Positions 55,712 to 64,000 of a stretch of 64,000 nucleotides of DNA are shown here, piece by piece. The notes under the pieces were generated by a model. It saw only the letters and a program-made list of their open reading frames with translations, did not search any database and had not been told where the DNA came from. The translations under genes were made by a program, and so were the position numbers. Origin of the DNA: Bacilli bacterium (GTDB taxonomy: Bacteria > Bacillota_I > Bacilli_A > RF39 > UBA660); NCBI GenBank assembly GCA_017460745.1, contig JAFUAL010000042.1:14983-78982 (forward strand), in the 5' to 3' direction. Position 1 is the first letter of the stretch; each line of letters begins with the position of its first letter.

Positions 55712-55813
55712 ACGATATAGGGATGGAACAGCCCTAATTTACGCTTGTGGAGATTTTATTTAGTGAGGTCTATGAAACAAGAAACCTATAACTTTAGATT
55801 ATGGGTAGTTCAC
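55640..55813 (+). ncRNA. Predicted TnpB omega-RNA (reRNA) scaffold spanning the tnpB 3' end to the IS right end
   Basis: Position inferred from the known TnpB/omega-RNA arrangement. The 55720-55813 segment is relatively GC-rich and hairpin-rich (GGGATGGAACAGCCC; CCTATAA...TTATGGG). The exact 5' end is unknown. Confidence 0.35.
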
Positions 55814-55857
55814 TTATTAGGTAAAACATTATAAAATGAATTTAGAAAGAGGAATTT

Positions 55858-56403
55858 ATGGAAACTGAAATATTAAATGAATTAGAAGAAAATTTAAAAA
55901 AGAGTATTGAATCCCTTGAAGGAAGATTAAAAAAAATAAGTGCTGGACGTGCTAATCCTGCAATACTTGATGGAGTTATGGTTGATTATTATGGTAGTCT
56001 AACACCACTTAAAAGTTTAGTAACAATTTCAATACCAGAGGCAAGAGTTTTAATGTTAAAACCATTTGATAAATCAAGTTTGAGTGGAATTGAAAAGGCA
56101 ATTTTTGAAGCAAATATAGGTTATACTCCTAATAATGATGGAGAATGTATTAGAATAATTGTTCCTGAGTTAACTGAGGATAGACGTCGTGAACTTGTAA
56201 AACAGGCTAAAGGAATATGTGAAGAGGCTAAAGTATCAATTAGAAATAATAGACGTGATGCAGTTGATATGTTAAAAGTTGCCGAACTTCCTGAAGATAC
56301 TGAAAAAAGAAGCGAAGAAAGAGTTCAAGAACTAGTAAATAAATATAATAAAATAGTAGATGATAAACTAGAAGAAAAGTCTAAAGATTTGATGACAGTT
56401 TAG
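55858..56403 (+). CDS. frr: Ribosome recycling factor
   Basis: ISAGRANPAILDGVMVDYYG...LKPFD...IRNNRRDA. Confidence 0.95.
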   Translation: METEILNELEENLKKSIESLEGRLKKISAGRANPAILDGVMVDYYGSLTPLKSLVTISIPEARVLMLKPFDKSSLSGIEKAIFEANIGYTPNNDGECIRIIVPELTEDRRRELVKQAKGICEEAKVSIRNNRRDAVDMLKVAELPEDTEKRSEERVQELVNKYNKIVDDKLEEKSKDLMTV

Positions 56404-56521
56404 AATATTTTTGAATTGAAGAAAGTAGCATATAAATATAGGATAAAAATACATTTTATTCTATATTTTTTTATATAATTTTGAAAACCTTACAAAATGG
56501 CTAAAAAAGTGAAAAAAGTAC

Positions 56522-56550
56522 TTGATTTTCATATTTTTGTGTGTTAGAAT
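56522..56550 (+). promoter_or_regulatory. Strong sigma-A promoter of the S10 operon
   Basis: TTGATT (56522-27), 17-nt spacer, extended -10 TGtTAGAAT (56542-50). Confidence 0.65.
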
Positions 56551-56660
56551 ATACATCGTGTTTGATTGCTTAGATGTGCAAGGTTGTCGATACACGTGGA
56601 CACGTTGTTCGGGTTATTTGCACGGAGCAAGCCTATACCAGATATAGACGAAGGGAGTGA
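56551..56660 (+). promoter_or_regulatory. Structured, locally GC-rich 5' leader of the S10 operon (candidate r-protein autoregulatory leader)
   Basis: Nested pairings: GTGCAA (about 56576)/TTGCAC (about 56618) enclosing ACGTG-ga-CACGT. Ends at RBS AAGGGAG. Confidence 0.4.
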
Positions 56661-56665
56661 CGATC

Positions 56666-56980
56666 ATGTCAAAACAAGTAGTTCGCATTAGATTAAAAGC
56701 GTATGATCATCGTATACTTGATAATGCTTGTACTAAAATTGTTGAAACTGTAAAAAGAGCAGGAGGAGAAATTAGTGGACCAGTACCACTTCCAACTGAA
56801 ATTGAAAAGTTTACAATTTTAAGAGCTGTTCATAAATACAAAGACTCACGTGAACAATTTGAAATGAGAACACATAAAAGACTTATCGATATCAAAAATC
56901 CTAAAAAGGAAATCATTGATGCACTAACACATCTTGATTTACCAAGTGGTGTAGATATTGATATTAAACAAGGAAAGTAA
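56666..56980 (+). CDS. rpsJ: 30S ribosomal protein S10
   Basis: [22 protein letters not shown] 56666 follows RBS AAGGGAG; the track GTG start at 56657 was rejected. Confidence 0.97.
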   Translation: MSKQVVRIRLKAYDHRILDNACTKIVETVKRAGGEISGPVPLPTEIEKFTILRAVHKYKDSREQFEMRTHKRLIDIKNPKKEIIDALTHLDLPSGVDIDIKQGK

Positions 56981-57001
56981 TAAGAAAGAGAGGAATTAGA
57001 A

Positions 57002-57775
57002 ATGAAAGGAATCTTAGGTAGAAAGATTGGAATGACTCAAGTATTTTCTAAGAGTGGTAAATTAATTCCTGTAACTGTAGTAGAAGTTGAACCTAACGTT
57101 GTTAGTCAAATTAAAACTATAGAAACAGACGGGTATGAAGCAATTCAACTTGCTGCATTTACTGCTAAAGAAAAAAATACAAGTAAGCCAAAAATGGGTC
57201 ATCTAAAAAAAGCAGGAGCTGAACCTAAGCGCTTCTTAAAAGAAATAAGAGGGGTAAATATTAGTGATTATACATTAGGCGGGGTAGTTGATGCTAGTGT
57301 ATTTACAGAAGGAGAAATGGTTGATGTATCAGGTATTTCAAAAGGTAAAGGATACCAAGGTGTAATCAAACGTTTCAATCAAACAAGAGGACCAATGGGA
57401 CATGGTAGTCAATATCATCGTGGTGTTGGTTCAATGGGAACACTTCTTCCAATGCATGTATTAAAAGGAAAGAAGTTACCAGGTCATATGGGACATGAAC
57501 TTGTTACAGTTCAAAATCTTGAAATAGTTAAAATTGATTTAGAAAATAATATTGTTTTAATTAAAGGAAACGTTCCAGGACCAAAGAAATCTTTAGTTGT
57601 TATTAAAACAGCTGTAAAAAATCCTGATAAAGTAAATGAGAAAGTTGATTTAGTATTTTATGAAGTAGAAAGTGAAGAGACTACAAACGAAGAAACTACT
57701 ACAGAAACAAATGAAGTAACTGAAGAAGTTGAAACAGAAAATACTGAATCCGGAGAGGTACCATCTCAAGAATAA
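57002..57775 (+). CDS. rplC: 50S ribosomal protein L3 with an acidic C-terminal extension
   Basis: [15 protein letters not shown]. About 45 extra E/T-rich residues at the C-terminus. Confidence 0.97.
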   Translation: MKGILGRKIGMTQVFSKSGKLIPVTVVEVEPNVVSQIKTIETDGYEAIQLAAFTAKEKNTSKPKMGHLKKAGAEPKRFLKEIRGVNISDYTLGGVVDASVFTEGEMVDVSGISKGKGYQGVIKRFNQTRGPMGHGSQYHRGVGSMGTLLPMHVLKGKKLPGHMGHELVTVQNLEIVKIDLENNIVLIKGNVPGPKKSLVVIKTAVKNPDKVNEKVDLVFYEVESEETTNEETTTETNEVTEEVETENTESGEVPSQE

Positions 57776-57798
57776 TTTCTTGATGAAAGGAGGATATT

Positions 57799-58395
57799 AT
57801 GGAAAAAGTTAATGACATTAAATTAAAGAAAGAAATATTTGATATAGAACCAAACGATAACGTTGTTAGAGATGCAATTCAAGTTGCAATGTCTGGTCTT
57901 CGTCAAGGAACTTATAAAGTAAAAACAAGAAGTGAAGTATCAGGTGGAGGAAGAAAACCTTGGAGACAAAAAGGTACAGGACGTGCTCGTCAAGGATCAA
58001 TTCGTGCACCACAATGGCGTGGTGGTGGAGTAGCACTTGGACCAGTACCACGTGATTATTCACTTAAAATGAATCGTAAAGAAAGAAAGTTAGCATTAAA
58101 GAGTGCTTTAACATACAAAGCACGTGATAAAGAAATCATAGTTGTTGATGAGTTATCACTTGATGTTCCAAAAACAAAAGAAATGCTTAAGTTATTAGAA
58201 AGTTTAGAACTTAATAATAAAAAAGTATTAATAGTAATGCATGAGTTAAATGAAAATATTATTCTTGCAGGACGTAATTTACAAAATATATTCATGATGG
58301 AACCATTCGAACTTAATGTACTTGACATTATAAATGCTGACTATATATTAGCGGATGTCGCTGCAATTAAGGATATCGAGGAGGCATTAAAATAA
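57799..58395 (+). CDS. rplD: 50S ribosomal protein L4
   Basis: GGGRKPWRQKGTGRARQGS. Confidence 0.97.
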   Translation: MEKVNDIKLKKEIFDIEPNDNVVRDAIQVAMSGLRQGTYKVKTRSEVSGGGRKPWRQKGTGRARQGSIRAPQWRGGGVALGPVPRDYSLKMNRKERKLALKSALTYKARDKEIIVVDELSLDVPKTKEMLKLLESLELNNKKVLIVMHELNENIILAGRNLQNIFMMEPFELNVLDIINADYILADVAAIKDIEEALK

Positions 58396-58396
58396 T

Positions 58397-58678
58397 ATGG
58401 ATACAAAGTATTTAGAAATTATTAAAGCTCCTTTAATTACTGAAAAAAGCCGTGACCGTGAAGCGTTAAACCAATACAGTTTCAAAGTTTCACCAAAGGC
58501 CTCAAAAATAGAAATTAAAGAAGCTGTTGAAAAAATATTTAAGGTTGATGTTTTAGAAGTTAGAACTTCAAACATGCCTGTTAAGAAAAAAAGAGTAGGT
58601 CGTTATGCTGGTCTTAGTAATAGATGCAAAAAAGCAATCGTTACTTTAAAACCTGGACAAACGATTGAAATGCAATAG
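58397..58678 (+). CDS. rplW: 50S ribosomal protein L23
   Basis: [11 protein letters not shown]...[10 protein letters not shown]. Confidence 0.96.
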   Translation: MDTKYLEIIKAPLITEKSRDREALNQYSFKVSPKASKIEIKEAVEKIFKVDVLEVRTSNMPVKKKRVGRYAGLSNRCKKAIVTLKPGQTIEMQ

Positions 58679-58686
58679 GAGGTCTT

Positions 58687-59517
58687 ATGGCAATTAAGAA
58701 TTTTAAACCCACAACTAATGCAAGACGTAAGATGAGTACACTTGTAAATGAAGATATAACAAAGAGTACTCCTGAAAAAAGTCTTACAGTAACTCTTAAA
58801 AAGAATGGTGGACGTAATAATCAAGGACGTATTACAGTAAGACACCATGGTGGTGGAGAAAAAAGAAAATATCGTATAATTGATTTTAAAAGAAATAAAT
58901 TTGATATCGAAGGACGTGTTGCAAGTGTTGAATACGATCCAAACCGTTCTGCAAATATTGCTTTAATTAATTATAAAGATGGTGAAAAAAGATATATCAT
59001 AGCACCAAAGGATATTCATGTAGGAGATATAGTTGTAAGTGGAGAAAACGTTGATATTAAAGTAGGAAACGCTCTTCCAATTATGAATATACCAGTTGGT
59101 ACAGTAATTCATAATATAGAACTTCGTCCTAAAAAAGGTGGAGCTTTAGCTAGATCAGCAGGATCAAGTGCTCAAATACTTGGACGTGAAGGTAAATATG
59201 TTATGATTAGACTTTCAAGTGGAGAACAAAGAAAAATACTTGGAACTTGTATGGCAACTATCGGTGAAGTTGGAAATGCTGATTATGAACTTGTTCATTT
59301 AGGTAAAGCTGGAAGAAGTCGTCATATGGGAATTCGTCCAACAGTACGTGGATCTGTAATGAACCCTAACGATCACCCACATGGTGGTGGTGAAGGTCGT
59401 GCACCAGTTGGTCGTAAAGGACCTGTTACTCCTTGGGGAAAACCTGCACTTGGATATAAAACTCGTAAAAAGAAAACTAGCGACAAATTAATCGTACGTC
59501 GTAGAAATGGTAAATAA
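58687..59517 (+). CDS. rplB: 50S ribosomal protein L2
   Basis: [15 protein letters not shown]; [13 protein letters not shown]. Confidence 0.98.
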   Translation: MAIKNFKPTTNARRKMSTLVNEDITKSTPEKSLTVTLKKNGGRNNQGRITVRHHGGGEKRKYRIIDFKRNKFDIEGRVASVEYDPNRSANIALINYKDGEKRYIIAPKDIHVGDIVVSGENVDIKVGNALPIMNIPVGTVIHNIELRPKKGGALARSAGSSAQILGREGKYVMIRLSSGEQRKILGTCMATIGEVGNADYELVHLGKAGRSRHMGIRPTVRGSVMNPNDHPHGGGEGRAPVGRKGPVTPWGKPALGYKTRKKKTSDKLIVRRRNGK

Positions 59518-59528
59518 GGAGATATAAT

Positions 59529-59798
59529 ATGGCAAGAAGTTTAAAGAAAGGACCTTATGTATTCGATAGATTACTAAAAAAGGTTCAAGGATTAAATGAA
59601 TCTGGAAAGAAAGAAGTTATTAAGACTTGGTCTCGTCGTTCAACAATTTATCCTGAGTTTATTGGACATACATTTGCTGTACATAATGGAAAAGAATTTA
59701 TTCCAGTTTATGTAACAGAAGATATGGTTGGTCATAAATTAGGAGAATTTTCACTAACTCGTAAGTTTGGTGGACACGGCGAAAACAAAACTAAATAA
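59529..59798 (+). CDS. rpsS: 30S ribosomal protein S19
   Basis: [11 protein letters not shown]...[23 protein letters not shown]. Confidence 0.98.
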   Translation: MARSLKKGPYVFDRLLKKVQGLNESGKKEVIKTWSRRSTIYPEFIGHTFAVHNGKEFIPVYVTEDMVGHKLGEFSLTRKFGGHGENKTK

Positions 59799-59818
59799 TA
59801 TACGGAGGGAAATTAAGT

Positions 59819-60151
59819 ATGGAATCATATGCAATTGCTAAAATGCAAAGAATTTCACCAATTAAAGCAAGACTTGTTATTGATTTAATTCGTGGAAAAA
59901 ATGTAAATGACGCTAAAACCATATTAGTAAATTATAATACTAAAGCTTCTAAATTAATACTTAATGTACTAAATTCTGCTACTGCTAATGCAGTTAACAA
60001 CGAAGGTGCAGATGAGAGTAAATTATTTGTAAGTGAAGCAAGAGTAGATGCTGGTCCTGTTATGAAAAGAATTATGTTTGATTCAAGAGGATATATAGGA
60101 CATAAGGATAAAAGAACTAGTCATATAGTAGTTCGTGTTAAGGAAAGATAG
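59819..60151 (+). CDS. rplV: 50S ribosomal protein L22
   Basis: [18 protein letters not shown]; operon position. Confidence 0.96.
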   Translation: MESYAIAKMQRISPIKARLVIDLIRGKNVNDAKTILVNYNTKASKLILNVLNSATANAVNNEGADESKLFVSEARVDAGPVMKRIMFDSRGYIGHKDKRTSHIVVRVKER

Positions 60152-60159
60152 GAGATATT

Positions 60160-60807
60160 ATGGGACAAAAAGTAAGTCCAATTGGACAAAGAATAGGTAT
60201 AAATAAAGACTGGGAATCTAAATGGTATGCTCCTAAAAAGGACTTTGCTAAAGTTTTAAAAGAAGATATGGAAATACGTAAATATCTTGAAAAAAGTTTA
60301 GTAGATAAAGGTGTTGCAAAAATTGAAATTGAAAGAAGTAAGAAAAAATGTGAAGTTACAATTCATTCTGCAAAACCTGGTGTATTAATTGGAAAAGGTG
60401 GAGAAGAAATTGATAAGTTAAAGAAAACTCTATCAAATCTTGTTAATCATCCAGTACAAGTATCAGTTGTTGATGTTAAAAAAGCAGATATGAATGCTCA
60501 ACTTGTTGCTGATTCAATTGCAAAACAAATATCAAATAGAGCATCATTTAGAATGGCTCAAAAACGTGCAATTAAAAATGCTATGAAAGCTGGAGCTAAA
60601 GGAATTAAAACTAGTGTTTCAGGACGATTAGGCGGAGCTGACATGGCAAGAAGTGAAGGATATAAAGAAGGTACAATTCCACTTCATACTTTTAGAGCAG
60701 ATATTGATTATGCAGGGAGTGAAGCAGACACTACATTTGGAAAAATTGGTGTAAAAGTATGGATTTATAAAGGAGAAATTCTTCCTTCAAAGAATGGAGG
60801 TAAGTAA
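60160..60807 (+). CDS. rpsC: 30S ribosomal protein S3
   Basis: [13 protein letters not shown]...[13 protein letters not shown] (KH domain). Confidence 0.98.
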   Translation: MGQKVSPIGQRIGINKDWESKWYAPKKDFAKVLKEDMEIRKYLEKSLVDKGVAKIEIERSKKKCEVTIHSAKPGVLIGKGGEEIDKLKKTLSNLVNHPVQVSVVDVKKADMNAQLVADSIAKQISNRASFRMAQKRAIKNAMKAGAKGIKTSVSGRLGGADMARSEGYKEGTIPLHTFRADIDYAGSEADTTFGKIGVKVWIYKGEILPSKNGGK

Positions 60808-60809
60808 TT

Positions 60810-61250
60810 ATGGCTTTAATTCCAGCAAGAGTTAAATACAGAAGAGTACATAGATTACCATATGAAGGACGTGCAAAAGGAAATACAACACTTTCATTTG
60901 GTGAATATGGACTAATGGCAAAAGAAGGTGCTTGGATTACAACTAATCAAATCGAAGCAGCTCGTGTTGCTATGACAAGATATATGAAACGTGGTGGAAA
61001 AGTATGGATTAATATATTTCCACATATGCCAGTAACAAGCAAACCACTTGGAACTCGTCAAGGAAAAGGAAAAGGTGCAGTTGATAAGTGGGTAGCTGTT
61101 GTTAAAGAAGGCAAAATTATGTTTGAAATTGGTGGAGTAACAGAAGATGTTGCCAGAGAAGCATTTAGACTAGCTAGTCATAAATTACCAATTAAAACAA
61201 AATTTGTAACAAAAGAAATGGAAAATGGTGGTGATACTAATGAAGGTTAA
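60810..61250 (+). CDS. rplP: 50S ribosomal protein L16
   Basis: [12 protein letters not shown]...RQGKGKG. Confidence 0.97.
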   Translation: MALIPARVKYRRVHRLPYEGRAKGNTTLSFGEYGLMAKEGAWITTNQIEAARVAMTRYMKRGGKVWINIFPHMPVTSKPLGTRQGKGKGAVDKWVAVVKEGKIMFEIGGVTEDVAREAFRLASHKLPIKTKFVTKEMENGGDTNEG

Positions 61251-61440
61251 TGATATAAGAAAAATGACCACTGAGGAAATAAACAAGAAAGTGGTTGATG
61301 CAAAGCAAGAATTATTTAATTTACGTTTTTCATCATCACTAGGAAATCTTGAGAAGCCTTCAAGAATCAAAGAATTAAGACATGATGTTGCAAGATGCAA
61401 AACAGTTCTTAGAGAACGTGAGATGGAGGAGAGAGTATAA
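61240..61440 (+). CDS. rpmC: 50S ribosomal protein L29
   Basis: Start at ATG 61240 ([10 protein letters not shown]), overlapping the rplP end. ELFNLRF motif. Confidence 0.95.
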   Translation: MKVNDIRKMTTEEINKKVVDAKQELFNLRFSSSLGNLEKPSRIKELRHDVARCKTVLREREMEERV

Positions 61441-61694
61441 TGGAGAGACGTAAAGAGTTAGTTGGAAAAGTTGTAAGTAGTGTAAATGATAAAACTATTA
61501 CAGTTTTAGTTGAAACTTATAAAAAAGATCCATTATATGGTAAAAGAGTAAAATATTCTAAAAAGTATGCAGTACATGATGAAAAGAATATAGCATCAGT
61601 TGGAGATACAGTTAGAATAGTTGAAACAAGACCATTATCTAAAACAAAATATTTCTATTTAAAAGAAATAGTAGAAAAAGCAGTTATTCTATAG
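61440..61694 (+). CDS. rpsQ: 30S ribosomal protein S17
   Basis: [18 protein letters not shown]...YAVHDE. Confidence 0.96.
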   Translation: MERRKELVGKVVSSVNDKTITVLVETYKKDPLYGKRVKYSKKYAVHDEKNIASVGDTVRIVETRPLSKTKYFYLKEIVEKAVIL

Positions 61695-61716
61695 GATAAC
61701 TTGATAAGGAGGAAAA

Positions 61717-62088
61717 ATGATTCAACAAGAAAGTCGTCTTAAAGTTGCTGATAACTCAGGAGCACGTGAATTATTAGTTATTCGTGTTCTTGGAGGAAGT
61801 AAAGTTAAGACTGGAAATATTGGTGATATCGTTGTTGGAACTGTAAAAAATGCTATTCCAAACGGTACTGTCAAAAAAAGCAAAGTTGTAAAAGCAGTTA
61901 TTGTTCGTTCTAAATTTGGTGTAAGAAGAGATGATGGTTCTTATATTAAGTTTGATGATAATGCCTGCGTAATTATAAAAGATGATAAGAGTCCAGTGGG
62001 AACACGTATTTTTGGACCAGTAGCAAGAGAACTTCGTGATGATAAAGATTTTATGAAGATTGTATCCCTTGCTAAGGAAGTACTATAG
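61717..62088 (+). CDS. rplN: 50S ribosomal protein L14
   Basis: [18 protein letters not shown]. Confidence 0.98.
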   Translation: MIQQESRLKVADNSGARELLVIRVLGGSKVKTGNIGDIVVGTVKNAIPNGTVKKSKVVKAVIVRSKFGVRRDDGSYIKFDDNACVIIKDDKSPVGTRIFGPVARELRDDKDFMKIVSLAKEVL

Positions 62089-62098
62089 AGGTGTTGAT

Positions 62099-62410
62099 AT
62101 GAGATTAAAAACAGGAGATAAAGTTATAGTAATTACTGGCGCAAGTAAAGGACAAGAAGGTACTATTAAAAAAGTATTACGCAATGAAAATAAAGTAATA
62201 GTTGAAGGCGTTAATATTGTTAAAAAACATCAAAAGGGAAATGGTCAAGAATCAGGTGGAATACTTGAAATTGAAGCACCTATTAATGCATCAAATGTAA
62301 TGTTAATTGACCCAAAAACTAAGAAACCTACTAGAGTAGGAGTTACTGTTAACGAAAAAACTAATAAGAAAGTAAGAGTTTCAAAAAAATCAAACGAAAA
62401 GTTTGATTAA
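62099..62410 (+). CDS. rplX: 50S ribosomal protein L24
   Basis: Start at ATG 62099 ([26 protein letters not shown] motif). Confidence 0.96.
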   Translation: MRLKTGDKVIVITGASKGQEGTIKKVLRNENKVIVEGVNIVKKHQKGNGQESGGILEIEAPINASNVMLIDPKTKKPTRVGVTVNEKTNKKVRVSKKSNEKFD

Positions 62411-62427
62411 AGAAGGAGGAATTATTG

Positions 62428-62967
62428 ATGAACCGCCTAAAAGAAAAATACTTGAATGAAGTTGTTCCAAGTTTAAAAGAAAAATATAGTTATAAATCAG
62501 TTATGGAAGTTCCAAAACTATCAAAGATTGTTGTTAATATTGGAGTTGGAGATGCAACAACTAATTCTAAATTACTTGATGCAGCTGTTAACGATCTAAC
62601 AGCAATTACTGGACAAAAACCAGTTATAACAAAAGCTAAAAAGAGTATAGCAGGATTCCATGTAAGAGAAGGACAAGCAATTGGTTGTAAAGTAACACTT
62701 AGGGGAGATGCAATGTATAATTTTATGGATAAATTAATTAGTATTGGTCTTCCTCGTGTTAGAGATTTTCGTGGAATTAGTCCAAAAGCATTTGATGGTC
62801 GCGGAAATTATACTTTAGGTATCAAAGAACAATTAATTTTTTCTGAAATTGAATACGATAATGTCGTTAAAGTTCGTGGAATGGATATTGTATTTGTAAC
62901 AACTGCTAAATCTAACGAAGAAGCATTCGATTTATTAAATGAACTTGGAATGCCATTTAGAAAGTAA
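62428..62967 (+). CDS. rplE: 50S ribosomal protein L5
   Basis: [16 protein letters not shown]...[11 protein letters not shown]. Confidence 0.97.
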   Translation: MNRLKEKYLNEVVPSLKEKYSYKSVMEVPKLSKIVVNIGVGDATTNSKLLDAAVNDLTAITGQKPVITKAKKSIAGFHVREGQAIGCKVTLRGDAMYNFMDKLISIGLPRVRDFRGISPKAFDGRGNYTLGIKEQLIFSEIEYDNVVKVRGMDIVFVTTAKSNEEAFDLLNELGMPFRK

Positions 62968-62979
62968 TTGGAGGAAATT

Positions 62980-63165
62980 ATGGCTAAGAAAAGTATGATA
63001 AATAAAGCTAACAGAAAACAAAAATTTAAAGTTCGTGAATATACAAGATGTGAGCGTTGTGGTAGACCTCATGCAGTAATGAGTAAATTTGGAATTTGTA
63101 GAATATGTTTTCGTGAACTAGCTTATAAAGGACAAATACCAGGTGTTAAAAAATCTAGTTGGTAA
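62980..63165 (+). CDS. rpsN: 30S ribosomal protein S14, type Z (zinc-binding)
   Basis: 61 aa; [10 protein letters not shown]...CRICFRE (CxxC...CxxC). Start at ATG 62980 after RBS GGAGGA. Confidence 0.96.
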   Translation: MAKKSMINKANRKQKFKVREYTRCERCGRPHAVMSKFGICRICFRELAYKGQIPGVKKSSW

Positions 63166-63195
63166 TACTGGTATAATAAAGGAGGATAAAATAAT

Positions 63196-63594
63196 ATGGT
63201 AGTAACAGATGCTATTGCAGATATGCTAACGAGAATTCGTAATGCAAATCAATTACGCTATCAAGAAGTATTGGTACCATCTTCAAAAATGAAAATAGAA
63301 ATTGCTAAAATATTAAAAGATGAAGGTTTCATTGAAGATTATAAAGTATCAAAAGATGATGTTCAAGGAACGATTGTTTTAACATTAAAATATGGACCAA
63401 ATAAAGAAAGAGTTATTACTGGACTTAAGAGAATATCAAAACCAGGCTTAAGAGTGTATGCAAAATGTGAAGACATTCCTAAGGTATTAAATGGACTTGG
63501 TATAGCAATTATTTCTACGAGCAAAGGTTTAATGACTGATAAAGAAGCACGTAAAAATAACTTAGGTGGAGAAGTACTTGCTTATATTTGGTAA
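63196..63594 (+). CDS. rpsH: 30S ribosomal protein S8
   Basis: [14 protein letters not shown]...GGEVLAYIW. Confidence 0.98.
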   Translation: MVVTDAIADMLTRIRNANQLRYQEVLVPSSKMKIEIAKILKDEGFIEDYKVSKDDVQGTIVLTLKYGPNKERVITGLKRISKPGLRVYAKCEDIPKVLNGLGIAIISTSKGLMTDKEARKNNLGGEVLAYIW

Positions 63595-63608
63595 GAAAGG
63601 ATAAAATT

Positions 63609-64000
63609 ATGAGCCGTATAGGAAATAGAAAAATTATTATTCCTGAAGGTGTTAGTGTAGAATTAAATGAAAATGTAGTTACTGTTAAAGGTAAACTTGG
63701 TGAATTAAGTTTAGAACTTCCAAGCGTTATAACTATGGAAATAGATGGTAACGAAATTACTCTAAAAAGAAGTAATGAACAAAAATTTACTAAAGCATTA
63801 CATGGAACAGCTAACGCAAATATTACTAACATGATTAAAGGAGTAGTTGAAGGTTATAAAAAGAATTTGGAAATTGTTGGTGTTGGATATCGTTTTAATA
63901 TGAAAGGAAACACTCTTGTTATTTCAGCAGGATATTCTCATCCAGTTGAAATTGCAGTACCAGAGGGTATTAAAGTAGAACTAGTTAGTAATACAGAAAT
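63609..64000 (+). CDS. rplF: 50S ribosomal protein L6 (3' end beyond the window)
   Basis: Not in the ORF track because it runs off the window. ATG 63609 gives MSRIGNRKIIIPEGVSVELNENVVTVKGKLGELS...EIVGVGYRF. Confidence 0.93.
   Translation, partial: MSRIGNRKIIIPEGVSVELNENVVTVKGKLGELSLELPSVITMEIDGNEITLKRSNEQKFTKALHGTANANITNMIKGVVEGYKKNLEIVGVGYRFNMKGNTLVISAGYSHPVEIAVPEGIKVELVSNTE

Larger units (their letters stand above)
54180..55813 (+). mobile_element. IS200/IS605-family insertion sequence (decayed tnpA + intact tnpB)
   Basis: Left flank has TTAC (54176-79), an IS608-like target. The subterminal motif AACTTTAGAT(G/T)ATG occurs near both ends (54183-54198 and 55790-55805). RE hairpin CCTATAA-ctttaga-TTATGGG. 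Boundaries are approximate. Confidence 0.7.

Noticed and set aside
56497-56547. 16-codon ORF (MAKKVKKVLDFHIFVC*) upstream of rpsJ.
   Set aside because: It has no RBS and overlaps the -35/-10 elements of the S10 promoter, so it would not be transcribed from that promoter.
1-64000. Search for tRNA, rRNA, tmRNA, T-box, group II intron or retron elements in all intergenic gaps longer than 100 nt: 4958-5213, 13574-13709, 18367-18500, 23422-23711, 34411-34815, 36745-36967, 38808-38934, 43505-43689, 49054-49245, 54154-54598, 56404-56665.
   Set aside because: No cloverleaf-compatible sequence, conserved rRNA segment, reverse transcriptase ORF or T-box motif was recognised by eye. A covariance-model scan would be needed to exclude small RNAs.

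Overview
Visibly AT-rich (GC not computed) chromosomal segment of a low-GC Bacillota organism, possibly Erysipelotrichia- or Clostridia-like. It uses the standard code, and almost all genes are on the plus strand. Layout: (1) 1-4.96 kb, an exopolysaccharide locus (GH-like, HEAT-repeat, processive GT2 synthase) facing a convergent GGDEF diguanylate cyclase. (2) 5.2-9.7 kb, an unannotatable 3-gene operon: unknown protein, coiled-coil AAA_5/MoxR-type ATPase, vWA-like partner. (3) 9.8-22.6 kb, core genes: lipoprotein, giant GH73 glucosaminidase, fmt, polA, a gpx-ohrR-trxA-trxB oxidative-stress operon and a two-component permease. (4) 22.7-43.6 kb, an accessory/defence island with no integrase. It holds a decayed NERD nuclease gene, a 6-gene Dcm + GHKL + Z1 + DUF4420 + AIPR operon (Mza-like), a convergent SRA-like/Mrr-type modification-dependent endonuclease, a 2.7-kb cassette flanked by 64-bp direct repeats that carries a membrane protein + HEPN (Rx4H) pair, an amidase/LysM gene, and two further cassettes each closed by a copy of the amidase 3' end/terminator. 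(5) 43.7-54.2 kb, core genes: thioredoxin-like protein, dnaE, pyk, MATE fused to a cytidylate-kinase-like domain, L,D-transpeptidase, yqeG, yqeH. (6) 54.2-55.8 kb, an IS200/IS605-type element with a decayed tnpA and an intact tnpB. (7) frr and the S10-spc ribosomal protein operon from rpsJ to rplF (3' partial). I found no rRNA, tRNA or CRISPR array. The best candidates for an undescribed system are the TM + HEPN pair (34.8-36.7 kb), the AAA_5/vWA-like triad (5.2-9.7 kb), and the mechanistically uncharacterised Mza-like operon (23.7-33.1 kb). All family calls come from motif recognition by eye; no searches were run.
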